From Phycisphaeraceae bacterium (lineage in GTDB: Bacteria > Planctomycetota > Phycisphaerae > Phycisphaerales > Phycisphaeraceae): a stretch of 64,000 bases of DNA. Location: positions 832,001-896,000 of the forward strand of contig OY771506.1 of the NCBI GenBank assembly GCA_963674705.1, in the 5' to 3' direction. Below the pieces are notes generated by a model, which was given only the letters and a program-made list of their open reading frames with translations, searched no databases and was not told the origin of the DNA. Position 1 is the first letter of the stretch. Every line of letters starts with the position of its first letter. Below, piece after piece: positions 36,935 to 46,500 of the stretch. A program made the position numbers and the translations under genes.

Positions 36935-38503
36935 ATGACTTATTTGACAGCAGCGATCATGGTGACCGATCTCGAACAGGCCCTTGCCGAGAGTGCCCGC
37001 GCGGCCGAGCGCGGGGCAGACCTGGTGGAGTTCAGGATTGACTCATTTACGGATAACCCCGACGCGGTGACGGAGCTGGTGCAGCGATCGGCGCTGCCTT
37101 GCATCATCACGTGTAGGCCCACGTGGGAAGGTGGCGCTTATGACGGGGATGAGCAGACGCGGATCAGCGTGATCGAGCATGCCGGGATAGGCGCGCGGAA
37201 ACCGGCTTATATCGATATCGAACTCAAAGCGTGGCAGTCGTCAGCCAACCTGCGGCAAAAGGTGTCCCTGGTTGTGGACGACCCGAACCGCCCACGCCAG
37301 ACAGACACGGGATTGATCCTGTCATCGCATGACTTCGAGTCTAGGCCCAGCGATCTGATCCGCAAGATCAAGGACATGGCTGATGAACCGCTTTGCCGGG
37401 TCATCAAAGTGGCGTGGCGAGCGAGATCGTTGCGTGACAACCTCGAAGCGTTTGAGTTGATCGGGCAACAGGTCAAGCCGACGATCGCGCTTTGTATGGA
37501 TGAGTGCGGATTGCCCTCGCGTGTGTTGGCGAAGAAGTTCGGCGCGATGCTGACGTTTGCGGCACTGGGTGAAGGGGCCGGCACAGCGGTCGGGCAGCCG
37601 ACGCTCGAACAGATTAAGGGGCTGTACCGGTGGGATAAGTTGAACAAAGACACGCGCGTGTTCGGCGTGATCGGGTATCCGGTCGGGCATTCGATGAGTC
37701 CGGCGATACACAACGCCAGTTTCGAGGCGGCGGGTGTGAACGCGGTGTACCTGCCGATGCCGATCCCGCCAGAGTACGAACACTTCAAGGCAACCGTGTC
37801 GAGCTGGCTCGCGGAACCCGATCTGCACTTCGGCGGCGCGAGCGTGACGATCCCGCATAAAGAGAACCTGCTTCGGTTCGTGGCTGAGCAAGGCGGAGAG
37901 GTAGAAGAACTTTCCCAAAAGATCGGCGCAGCGAACACGCTGACGGTCCGGGAAGACGGCTCGTTGTATGCCTGCAACACGGATTACGCCGCGGCGCTGG
38001 ACGCGGTTTGCAATGGGCTTGGGATCGAACGCGACGGATTGAAGGGCAAACGTGTTACGGTGATCGGCGGCGGTGGCGTGGGACGGGCGGTGGTCGCGGG
38101 GTTCAGCGCGTATGGAGCGAAAGTCACGGTCTACGACCTCGTCGCTGAACGATCGCAAGCTTTGGCTGAAGAATTCGATGCCCAGGCTGCTGCGCTGGAT
38201 GACCTGCCGACAAGCGAAGCCGATGTCTACATTAACTGCTCGCCGATCGGGATGCACCCGAAGATCGATGCGTCACCCATGGCGGCCAACGAACATTGGA
38301 AGCCGGGCGTGGTCATGTTTGACGCGATTTACAACCCGGCTCAAACCAAGTTCCTGAAAGACGCCGCGGCCGTCGGCTGCACGACGATTTCAGGGATGGA
38401 AATGTTCATAGGCCAGGGCGCTGCGCAATTCGAACGCTGGACAGGCGTGGATGCACCGCTGGATGTTTTCAGGCGGGTGTTGGAAGAAAAACTTCGGGGA
38501 TGA
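36935..38503 (+). CDS. aroDE: Fused type I 3-dehydroquinate dehydratase / shikimate dehydrogenase
   Basis: ADLVEFRID, TCRP.WEGG, ILSSHDF, VIKVA, PSRVL (AroD); GYPVGHSMSPAIHN, SVTIPHKE, IGAANT, NTD, GGGGVGRA, NCSPIGM, DAIYNP (AroE). Confidence 0.92.
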   Translation: MTYLTAAIMVTDLEQALAESARAAERGADLVEFRIDSFTDNPDAVTELVQRSALPCIITCRPTWEGGAYDGDEQTRISVIEHAGIGARKPAYIDIELKAWQSSANLRQKVSLVVDDPNRPRQTDTGLILSSHDFESRPSDLIRKIKDMADEPLCRVIKVAWRARSLRDNLEAFELIGQQVKPTIALCMDECGLPSRVLAKKFGAMLTFAALGEGAGTAVGQPTLEQIKGLYRWDKLNKDTRVFGVIGYPVGHSMSPAIHNASFEAAGVNAVYLPMPIPPEYEHFKATVSSWLAEPDLHFGGASVTIPHKENLLRFVAEQGGEVEELSQKIGAANTLTVREDGSLYACNTDYAAALDAVCNGLGIERDGLKGKRVTVIGGGGVGRAVVAGFSAYGAKVTVYDLVAERSQALAEEFDAQAAALDDLPTSEADVYINCSPIGMHPKIDASPMAANEHWKPGVVMFDAIYNPAQTKFLKDAAAVGCTTISGMEMFIGQGAAQFERWTGVDAPLDVFRRVLEEKLRG

Positions 38504-38557
38504 ATCTGAAAGAGCGCTAAGCCCTGAGCGACTTATTTTTAGTGATCGCGTGAGGGA

Positions 38558-39382
38558 TTACTTGGATATTTTGCGCATGTGGCGGCGCATGATGTGGGCG
38601 GCGAATCGTGGGCATGCGGTACCGAGGGCGACGGCGAGCCGGGCGAACGGGGACGGCCAGACTTCAGGACGCGGACGACGCAATGCACGGACAATGCAGT
38701 TGGCGACGTGTTCAGCAGTTTGCGTCAGCGCCTTGGGCGTGTTCGAGCCGCGTTCGGCGGCCTGCTTATCGGTTGATTTGGTGCGTGCTTGCTCACCAAA
38801 CTCAGTAGTCGTGCCGACAGGGTGAACGCTTGTCACATAGATGCCTTCGTCGGCAAGTTCGGCACGCATCGCCCCGGCGACCGAATCTTGCGCCGCTTTG
38901 GTCGCACAATAAGCGCCGAACTTCGGCACACCGACTTCGCTGGCAACGGATGAACAGATCAATAAGTGATTCAGGCCGCCCTGGTTTTGTTTCAGGTAGG
39001 GTGTCGCGGCGCGGAGGGTGCGCAGTGTGCCGTAGTAATTGGTTTCGAAGATGTCGCGGTGTGCTTGAAGATCGGTATCGAGAACGGAGCCGAACATGCC
39101 GTAGCCCGCGTTGGCGAAAGCGACGTCGAGTCGTCCGAATGCCCGCCATGATTGATCGAACAGCTGATCGACATCTTCATCCCGATTGACATCACAAGGC
39201 ACGGCCAAGGCGCGTCGGCCTATCGTTTCGATCTGCTCGGCGACGGTTTCGAGCTTTTCAACACGCCGAGCGGCGAGCACGATATCCATCCCGGCCCGGG
39301 CGCAGGCGAGCGCGGTGGCGGCACCGATGCCCGAGCTGGCGCCGGTGATCACAATGAGTTTGTCGGTCAGGTCGCGTGCCAT
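38558..39382 (-). CDS. Short-chain dehydrogenase/reductase (SDR)
   Basis: ITGASSGIG; ANAGYG; SS; YCATK. Confidence 0.92.
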   Translation of the reverse strand: MARDLTDKLIVITGASSGIGAATALACARAGMDIVLAARRVEKLETVAEQIETIGRRALAVPCDVNRDEDVDQLFDQSWRAFGRLDVAFANAGYGMFGSVLDTDLQAHRDIFETNYYGTLRTLRAATPYLKQNQGGLNHLLICSSVASEVGVPKFGAYCATKAAQDSVAGAMRAELADEGIYVTSVHPVGTTTEFGEQARTKSTDKQAAERGSNTPKALTQTAEHVANCIVRALRRPRPEVWPSPFARLAVALGTACPRFAAHIMRRHMRKISK

Positions 39383-39576
39383 GTGCTGGTAGTCTACGCG
39401 GAGAAGGCAGGAAGGTATATTGCGGCGATTGCGATCTGGCATGGCCAAAGGGCCTGACCCGGGCGTGTCAGTTTGAATATTAAGTGAATATCTTTGACGG
39501 GGCGGGGCATGATGAGCGGCGGGGTGTTATACGCTACATTATTCTCCTTAACATCAGTAACCTTGGAGTTCTTGCC

Positions 39577-40536
39577 ATGCCCCAGATTGATATGCCTTTG
39601 GAAGAGCTGAAGACCTACGGCGGGATCAACCCGAAGCCTGCGGATTTTGATGCCTACTGGCAGCGTGCGTTTGATGAATTGGACCAAGTTGACCCGCAGG
39701 TGGAGCTGAAGCCGGCCGAATTCCAGGCCGCGTACGCTGAATGCTTCGACCTGTTTTTTACCGGCGTGGGCGGGGCGCGGGTGCATGCGAAGTATCTGCG
39801 TAACAAGGCGGTCAAGGGCACGGGCCCGGCGGTGCTGGAGTTTCACGGCTATTCGGGGTCGGCGGGTAATTGGGCATCGAAGCTGGCATGGGTTGCAGCG
39901 GGGATGAGCGTTGCCTCGCTGGACGTGCGTGGCCAGGGCGGGCTCAGTGAGGATGTATGGTCCAGCAAGGGTACAACGTTGCGGGGTCACATCATCCGCG
40001 GGCTCGAAGATCATCCCGACAAGCTGTTCTACCGTAACGTGTTCCTGGATACGGCTCTGCTGGCGCGGATCGTCATGGGCTTTGATGAAGTAGATGCGGA
40101 TCGTGTCGGTGCGACAGGTGGATCACAGGGCGGCGCGCTGACGCTTGCATGTGCGGCATTGGAGCCTCGCATCAAACGTGCGGCGGCGACTTACCCGTTC
40201 CTCTGCGATTACAAGCGCGTCTGGGAATTAGACCTGATCAAACTCGCCTACGCGGAGATCTCCGACTTCTTCCGCAAGCACGATCCCACGCATAAGCATA
40301 TCGATATGTGGTGGGAGCGCCTGGGTTACATCGATATTCAGCATTTGGCCCCGCGCATCAAGGCGGAGGTGTTGATGGCAACGGCCCTGATGGATGATTG
40401 CTGCCCACCGTCCACCCAATTCGCGGCTTATAACAAGATCGCATCGCCGAAACACCTGCTTGTTTATCCCGACTACGCGCATGAACGGCTACCGGATTTT
40501 GATGACCACGTATTTACGTTCCTAAGTGGGTTGTGA
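39577..40536 (+). CDS. Acetylxylan esterase / cephalosporin-C deacetylase (CE7)
   Basis: DMPLEELKTY; P.DFDAYW; FHGY; DVRGQG; GGSQGG; PFLCD; D.CCPPSTQFAAYN; YPDYAHE. Confidence 0.92.
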   Translation: MPQIDMPLEELKTYGGINPKPADFDAYWQRAFDELDQVDPQVELKPAEFQAAYAECFDLFFTGVGGARVHAKYLRNKAVKGTGPAVLEFHGYSGSAGNWASKLAWVAAGMSVASLDVRGQGGLSEDVWSSKGTTLRGHIIRGLEDHPDKLFYRNVFLDTALLARIVMGFDEVDADRVGATGGSQGGALTLACAALEPRIKRAAATYPFLCDYKRVWELDLIKLAYAEISDFFRKHDPTHKHIDMWWERLGYIDIQHLAPRIKAEVLMATALMDDCCPPSTQFAAYNKIASPKHLLVYPDYAHERLPDFDDHVFTFLSGL

Positions 40537-40768
40537 TAACGCACAAGAGGATTTGAACTTCTTAGTGCTTTATCCAGAAGATGTGATTAATAAACAGCGG
40601 CTCGTGCCTGGCATACCCGCACATGGGTGTAACGTTGTATTTTGATGGATATTGCTGCTGTATACCCTTGCTTAGCTCTAGACTTAATAAGAATCCAGGG
40701 TGTACAATTAGTTTGTATTCGCATTCACAATTCATGTCCCGCAAACATCCATTCAAGGAGACCACATC

Positions 40769-41311
40769 ATGCGCCCGATCACGCTGATTCTTGGTTTGTT
40801 GATTTTGGTTGTGCTGGTTGGCTGTTCATCCGCGCCTAAAACGGAGGCGGCGGGTGAAAACAGGATTCAAGATGCACGGGTTACGATCGAACGATTTAAA
40901 GAAGCAGACCCCTCGATCAGTCAAACCTTCTTCAAACATGCGGTTGGCTGGGCGGTATTCCCGGATGTGGGCAAGGGGGGTGTGGGTGTAGGCGGCGCGT
41001 ATGGCAAGGGCGTGCTTTTTGAAGATGGTAACGCCGTCGGGTATTGCGACCTTGCCCAAGCCTCGATCGGATTCCAATTGGGCGGGCAGGTGTATTCCGA
41101 ACTTATTTTCTTTGAACACGAAACAGCACTTCAAGAATTCAAGTCGGGCACCATGGAGTTCGCGGCACAGGCTTCTGCGGTTGCCGCTGGGGCCGACGCA
41201 TCTGTCAACGCGGATTATGAGAACGGTGTAGCCGTCTTCACCATCAGCGGTAAAGGGCTTATGTATGAAGCTTCTATTGGCGGGCAGAAGTTCGACTATA
41301 CGCCTAAGTAG
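40769..41311 (+). CDS. Ysc84/SYLF lipid-binding domain lipoprotein
   Basis: Lipobox LVGC; AVFPDVGKGG.GVGG.YGKG; SIGFQLGGQ; GLMYEASIGGQKF. Confidence 0.88.
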   Translation: MRPITLILGLLILVVLVGCSSAPKTEAAGENRIQDARVTIERFKEADPSISQTFFKHAVGWAVFPDVGKGGVGVGGAYGKGVLFEDGNAVGYCDLAQASIGFQLGGQVYSELIFFEHETALQEFKSGTMEFAAQASAVAAGADASVNADYENGVAVFTISGKGLMYEASIGGQKFDYTPK

Positions 41312-41341
41312 AAAGATAAGGCTTTCTAAACACAACCACAG

Positions 41342-41370
41342 CCTCGGGCAGAACGCCCGAGGTTTTTATT
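41342..41370 (+). terminator. Intrinsic terminator
   Basis: CCTCGGGC-AGAAC-GCCCGAGG followed by TTTTTATT. Confidence 0.85.
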
Positions 41371-41500
41371 TGACCGGGCTTAATTTGTAACGGATTGAGT
41401 GTGTATTACAGAACCAGCCGGCTTTATCACCATCAATTCATACATAATACCGATGACGCCACATTACTTCTGGGCCTAAAGTGATGGCCTGGAAGTTAGT

Positions 41501-42493
41501 TTATTGCATAGGCATGTCGCACAGGTATTCGCGAAGCGTCCAGTACGGATTAATCCTGGATCCTATCTGCTTTTCAGTAATCCCCGAATCTTTAGCAAAA
41601 GTAAAACATTTACCCTCATCCAACAGAACCACATAACCACTGATTCGACCCCAATCGAAGTCCTCGGTTCTCACCACGACCACGGTCTTGATTTTATGGG
41701 CTTTGATATTTTCAAGCTCGGAAAGGGTGTCATGCGGCCACAGGATCATCGTATCAGGCGTTTTGATAAGAACTTGATCAGCAAGATGTAAATCCTGGCG
41801 GCCCAGACTCTGGCATTGCGGGTACATCTGCTCCGCGCGCTGTACTACCGGTGTTGCGACATCAACCAAGTGTGCCCTGGCATCCGCGAGTCTGGCCTTT
41901 GCGTCAGTGAAGTAAACGGCTACAAGTGAGATCGACAATATGATGGAAGCAAAGATCCTGCCATAAACTCGCCCGGTCGAAGATAATCCAATCGGATATT
42001 TGCGACGGTTCCGGTTCGGTTCACCACACGGATTCGGTATGCCAAGAACAGACTTCTTAATCACATCACCAATCAGACGGGCTTGTTTCTGCACCTTATC
42101 GAGATCAGACGACTTTGATAATGGCAGGTACGCTCCATCTATGAATGACAGGCTGACGACATGCTCTCGAACTGATTGATTGTAAACCAGCACATTTTGC
42201 ATTGCTTCCAATGGGTAGCGTACTCTTAGAGCAAAGAACAGCCCCGTGTACATGGTAACGATACCTTTATCAGCATCGATGGAGGTTGTATGAAACCGGC
42301 CTGTAATATGGGTAAGGGCGGCAAGCAGGAGTAAACTTCCAAGAATCAGAAGATAGATACTACCGAGGGCGTATGCACAAACCAGTGATATCGCACAAAG
42401 CAAAAAATAGAAGTTTGCACAACGAATAACGCCGCGGTGGAACATACCCACGCGGCACTTAATCACCCCCTGCTTATTCTGTCGGACAGCCAT
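41501..42493 (-). CDS. Hypothetical membrane protein, lower GC
   Basis: 330-aa open frame with about 3 TM segments; AT-richer than flanks; start uncertain. Confidence 0.55.
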   Translation of the reverse strand: MAVRQNKQGVIKCRVGMFHRGVIRCANFYFLLCAISLVCAYALGSIYLLILGSLLLLAALTHITGRFHTTSIDADKGIVTMYTGLFFALRVRYPLEAMQNVLVYNQSVREHVVSLSFIDGAYLPLSKSSDLDKVQKQARLIGDVIKKSVLGIPNPCGEPNRNRRKYPIGLSSTGRVYGRIFASIILSISLVAVYFTDAKARLADARAHLVDVATPVVQRAEQMYPQCQSLGRQDLHLADQVLIKTPDTMILWPHDTLSELENIKAHKIKTVVVVRTEDFDWGRISGYVVLLDEGKCFTFAKDSGITEKQIGSRINPYWTLREYLCDMPMQ

Positions 42494-42600
42494 CAGCTAT
42501 CTTCTATAAAGTAGTTTGACATTCTGTATCAAATCAACTTCACGATCAGCTGCTTCACGCTTTACATAGTTGTGCTGGAACGGTTCAAGATCGAATGCAC

Positions 42601-43098
42601 TTATCCTGCCGCGGCGAGGTCGTGAGCCTTCTGGATGATTTCGCGGCTGAGTTCCGGCATCGGGTAGTGGACCTGCAGGAACGCACGGAGCTGCTGCTGC
42701 TCGGCGATGCGGAAGTAGACAGCGCGGTCGATGCGGTTGGCGGCGAAGGTGACGGCACGGGCCAGGCGGTTGGCGCTGGCGGCCAGGAGCATTTCGCCAT
42801 CGGGTTCGGTTCGGATGGGCAGCAATTCGAATTGCCAGGCTTGCCGACGGTTCAGGACGCGCAGGGCCTCGGCGTCGAATGCTTCGTGAGTCAGGTCGAT
42901 CGTGCCCGTGAATCGGTGATACTGTTCGACCCAAGCGGTCTCGATGCTGTGCAGTGTGACGTCGAACATGCGTTCGGCCAACACGCCGAAGGGCATGCGA
43001 TGCTGCTTCTGGGCTTCGAGGATCTCAATGACCTGCTGGTCGCTGAGTACGCCTTGCTCGACCAGTATCTGGCCAATTTTGATCGTTTGCTGATTCAC
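42601..43098 (-). CDS. Stand-alone MshEN / T2SSE N-terminal domain protein (no ATPase)
   Basis: KIGQILVEQGVLSDQQV.EILEAQ resembles the MshEN RLGxxLxxxGxIxxxQLxxALxxQ motif; ID L...D.EAL; A.QF.LLP; AGGAG RBS before GTG 43098. Confidence 0.75.
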   Translation of the reverse strand: MNQQTIKIGQILVEQGVLSDQQVIEILEAQKQHRMPFGVLAERMFDVTLHSIETAWVEQYHRFTGTIDLTHEAFDAEALRVLNRRQAWQFELLPIRTEPDGEMLLAASANRLARAVTFAANRIDRAVYFRIAEQQQLRAFLQVHYPMPELSREIIQKAHDLAAAG

Positions 43099-43354
43099 GG
43101 TGAACTCCTGGAAGGACCCATACAACAGCGGCCCACACAAGCCATCGGCGTATCGTGGGTGAAGTGTTAGTCTCCATCATCAGGTTTATTGCGCAGTGCA
43201 AGACAAAATGTGTTGTGTTGCTACAGCCGCGCCAAACGCACTGCCTTCAAGCCGTGCGCACAAATAAATGTCACGATCTCTATAGTGATATCGCGGTCTT
43301 ATGACGGCAGATATTTACCCGTATTACGTACCCGTCACAGTCGATACAGGCCGA

Positions 43355-44701
43355 TCATTCGGCGGATTGCAGCGGTGTAATCTGCTCGACGGTGATAATT
43401 TTGAGCTTGAGGGCGGGGTCGTAGGCGGTTTCGCCCTTGATGCCAACGAGCTTGCCGAGGTATTGAGTGGCATCGATGGAGTCAACGGGGCGGATGTAAG
43501 CCAGGGAACGTCCGCTTGTCGCATCTACGACGCGAAACATGCGGGGCAGCGTCCGGCCGTCGTACACGCTGGAAGCCAGCAAGCGACCGATCGCGTCAAA
43601 CGGAACAGGCTCCAAGACCGGCTCAGGAAGCGGGGCCTGCGAAGCACGCGCGGCGGCGATCACGGCCAAGCCCTCAGCGATCCGCTTATCGTGACGCAGC
43701 AGAGCCAGACGGCTTCGGACGCGGTATGCATCCGACTGCGACAAATCGCCCTTCGATAGCAGCGCCTGGTAGTGGGCAATCAATTCATCCAGCGGCTGCT
43801 CTTCCAGAGGCAAGGCACGCGCGGCTTCAAAACGGGCTTCCAACTCCGCCAGCGGCAGAACCTCGACGGCTGGGCCGGTTTCGGTCGGGGTCTCGGTCGC
43901 TTCTACCGTTTCGGTCGGCTTGGGCTGCTCGCCCAGCATGTCATCCAGCGCCTGATCGGACGTATTGGTTGCACTGACCTCGGCTTCGACTGCCGGCTTC
44001 GGCTCAACAAACGTGCTCGCGGGGTCTTCGGTCGTGGCCGCTTCGTTCGCATCGGGCTGCTGCACTTCCACGACCGGGGTTGGTTCCGGTTCGGGGGTGG
44101 GCTCGATAACGGCCGGCTCCGGCTCGACAGCGGGTTCGGGCTCGACGACGGGCTCTTCAACCGCTTCCGGTTCATCCGGCGTTTCCGGTTGCGTTTCCAT
44201 GCTCAGGGCACGTCGGACTGAGCCCGGCGGCAGGTAGACGTAGGCATTAGGCGGCGGCACGATCTTGTAATGGCTGCCCTCTTCATCCACTATCTGGACG
44301 CCGTCACCCTGATTGAGAATAACCTGAACACGGTAACTGCCGGCGGGGCCGTTGACGTCGGCGGCATAAACACGGCTGCGGTCGGCATTGACGACCCCTA
44401 CCGTTCCGTCGTTCTTGGCATCCACGAAAGCCTTGGAGATATAGCTGTAAAAGCCTTCGGGCGGGACGATCTTGTACCAACCGACGATAACCTCATCGAC
44501 CTGGACGAGTTGTCCTTTGTTCAGTTCACCGACGCGGTAGAAGCGGTCGTTGCCGCCGGCCCGGACGTCTGTCTGGTTCTGGATAACAACGCCGGTAAAC
44601 GGTACGTCCTGAGCGTAAGCTTGACGTAACAGTCCGGGGCAGACCGTTAGAAACAAGGCCAGCAGGCAGAAAGTGGCCGAGGTGAGTTTTCCGGTTCGCA
44701 T
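43355..44701 (-). CDS. Secreted protein with two bacterial SH3 domains and a Pro/Glu-rich linker
   Basis: Signal peptide; VRAG....Y.VG.L..G..V.V....GWYKIVPP; second repeat HYKIVPP; EPEP/VEP linker; C-terminal OB-like GKLVGIKG. Confidence 0.75.
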   Translation of the reverse strand: MRTGKLTSATFCLLALFLTVCPGLLRQAYAQDVPFTGVVIQNQTDVRAGGNDRFYRVGELNKGQLVQVDEVIVGWYKIVPPEGFYSYISKAFVDAKNDGTVGVVNADRSRVYAADVNGPAGSYRVQVILNQGDGVQIVDEEGSHYKIVPPPNAYVYLPPGSVRRALSMETQPETPDEPEAVEEPVVEPEPAVEPEPAVIEPTPEPEPTPVVEVQQPDANEAATTEDPASTFVEPKPAVEAEVSATNTSDQALDDMLGEQPKPTETVEATETPTETGPAVEVLPLAELEARFEAARALPLEEQPLDELIAHYQALLSKGDLSQSDAYRVRSRLALLRHDKRIAEGLAVIAAARASQAPLPEPVLEPVPFDAIGRLLASSVYDGRTLPRMFRVVDATSGRSLAYIRPVDSIDATQYLGKLVGIKGETAYDPALKLKIITVEQITPLQSAE

Positions 44702-44903
44702 GTCATGCCTCCTGATCGTCCATCCGTGCAGCGCGGTGATCGCGCGGAATAAGCCTGCTTGACGGTATCGCGGGCGCGAACGAGCGTCAAGCAAGCAGTT
44801 CTATTGTACGAGAGATAACCCGACGTGGTTTGTGGATTTACACAAAACACGATTGACGAAAAAACCTGCTTGGAATAACAGGATTTAAGCGCAAGATCGC
44901 CTA

Positions 44904-45737
44904 TCAGCCAGACGGCGGCAACGGGGGGCCGGACGTCGGGGGCGGCTTACTGGGGCTGGCGGTGGCACGACGGCAGATATCCACCAGGTCGTGTAACGCT
45001 TCACTCACCTCCGAAGCGTCGGTCTTGCTGGAGTGATTCAGCTCCTGCTGGGCCGCCACGGCCGAGGCGCGGATTTCCACGTAACCGTGGCTGGTCGCGT
45101 TTCGCTTGATCAAATCCAGCTCATCCCGCAGCTTCTGGATATCGCGCTGACGCTGGGCGGCCAGCAGCGACTCGATCGTGTCCGGCAGGTTCGACACGAA
45201 CCGGCGGAGCATCATCATCAATTCAGGATAAGCGGCCAGCTCGCTGGTCACCTCGTCGGGGCGAGCCAACACGTATCGCCGGGTCCGTTCACGCTCCACA
45301 AGTGAGCCGGCGGTTTCGTTCAGGCCCGACGGGTCCATCGGCTTGCGCAACAACTCATCGCAGCCGGCCTCAATGCAACGCTTCCCGATGCGGCGCGGGG
45401 ATTGATCCGTCAACGCCAGTATCGGCCCGGCGTACTGCGCAGCACGCAGCCGTTCAGCCACTTTAAAGCCTTCGGCGCCAAAAGCCTGGAGGTCCAGGAT
45501 GACAAGGTCATAGGGTTCCAGGAGCCGATGTGCCTGTGAGAGAGATTCCAGGGCTTCATCGGCGTTACTGGCAAAATCAACGATCGCCCCGGCCTGCTTG
45601 AGGTCGGAAGCGATGCGGAAACGCGAAACGTCTTCTCCATCAATGAGCAACACACGCGATAGATGTAACGATGCTGCAGCCGTAGGCGCTGCACCACCAA
45701 AGGCGCAATCATTGAACTGATCCCAATGGTCAGTCAT
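44904..45737 (-). CDS. Response-regulator receiver plus Hpt-like domain protein
   Basis: VLLID; YDLVILDLQ; G..VAERLR; PILALT; AGCD.LLRKP; C-terminal helical Hpt-like bundle (FVSNLP...LIKRNATSHGY). Confidence 0.78.
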   Translation of the reverse strand: MTDHWDQFNDCAFGGAAPTAAASLHLSRVLLIDGEDVSRFRIASDLKQAGAIVDFASNADEALESLSQAHRLLEPYDLVILDLQAFGAEGFKVAERLRAAQYAGPILALTDQSPRRIGKRCIEAGCDELLRKPMDPSGLNETAGSLVERERTRRYVLARPDEVTSELAAYPELMMMLRRFVSNLPDTIESLLAAQRQRDIQKLRDELDLIKRNATSHGYVEIRASAVAAQQELNHSSKTDASEVSEALHDLVDICRRATASPSKPPPTSGPPLPPSG

Positions 45738-45891
45738 CGCCGAAACTCCGTGCCTCCACGGGTACAGCCCGGCCCTGACCGGGAAAGTCCATGCGGGTTA
45801 TACATCGGCGATGGCAACGGGTTACTCAAGTCGTAGTGCCAGCGTCCGGATATTGCACGAACGGTTGTGCCGGGTGCAACAGTTGCGCTAA

Positions 45892-46461
45892 TCAGATAAA
45901 CAGGAAAAGTGTTTCTATAAAAAACACACTGACAAGCAGTAACAACGTGGCATACGTATGGCTGGGATTGACCGACCCTTTGGCTTTCCCCAGACCAAAA
46001 TGCGTTCCGAGCCCGTGCCAGAGCAGGAAGCTCAACGGCATGCAGAGACCGCCGAACAGCCACAACTGCCATGCGGGAGCACCGAGATCCAGCAGGTTGC
46101 CCGCGTCGGCGATGTGGTCGAACGATCCGACACCCAGGTACGCCCCGTTTGCCAGGAGGCAGAAACCCGCAAAAAAGCGCAGCAGGTAACTGAATCGAGC
46201 CTTGCACAACATTGCTATCAGCCAGGCGATCACTGGCAGGACCACGCCGAACAACGGCCCGGCCCAGACAGTCCATAATGGATGGGGAATGTGTTTGTAT
46301 TCAGTCGAAGAGAAGCCGAACGGCGGCAGGTTCACACGAGCCACCGCCCCACCGCTGGTCCAGGCGCCGAGCACGTGGCCGAATTCATGCACGATCATCA
46401 TCCCCAACCAGGTCAGGCCCAGTGTAGAGACAATCAGGATGATTTGATGCTTGCGATTCAA
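45892..46461 (-). CDS. Small M50-family membrane metallopeptidase
   Basis: HEFGH; WAGPLFG; multiple TM helices. Confidence 0.78.
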   Translation of the reverse strand: MNRKHQIILIVSTLGLTWLGMMIVHEFGHVLGAWTSGGAVARVNLPPFGFSSTEYKHIPHPLWTVWAGPLFGVVLPVIAWLIAMLCKARFSYLLRFFAGFCLLANGAYLGVGSFDHIADAGNLLDLGAPAWQLWLFGGLCMPLSFLLWHGLGTHFGLGKAKGSVNPSHTYATLLLLVSVFFIETLFLFI

Positions 46462-46500
46462 GGTAGATGCGGCCTCAGTAACAATGATAAGGCTCCACCA

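Noticed and set aside
36935..38503. AroD-AroE fusion as a novelty
   Set aside because: Already known from planctomycetes, chlamydiae and plants; useful only as a lineage hint
40540..40765. AT-rich intergenic stretch with short ORFs 40562-40765 and 40642-40839
   Set aside because: No motif, RBS or consistent frame; may be a decayed fragment but cannot be supported
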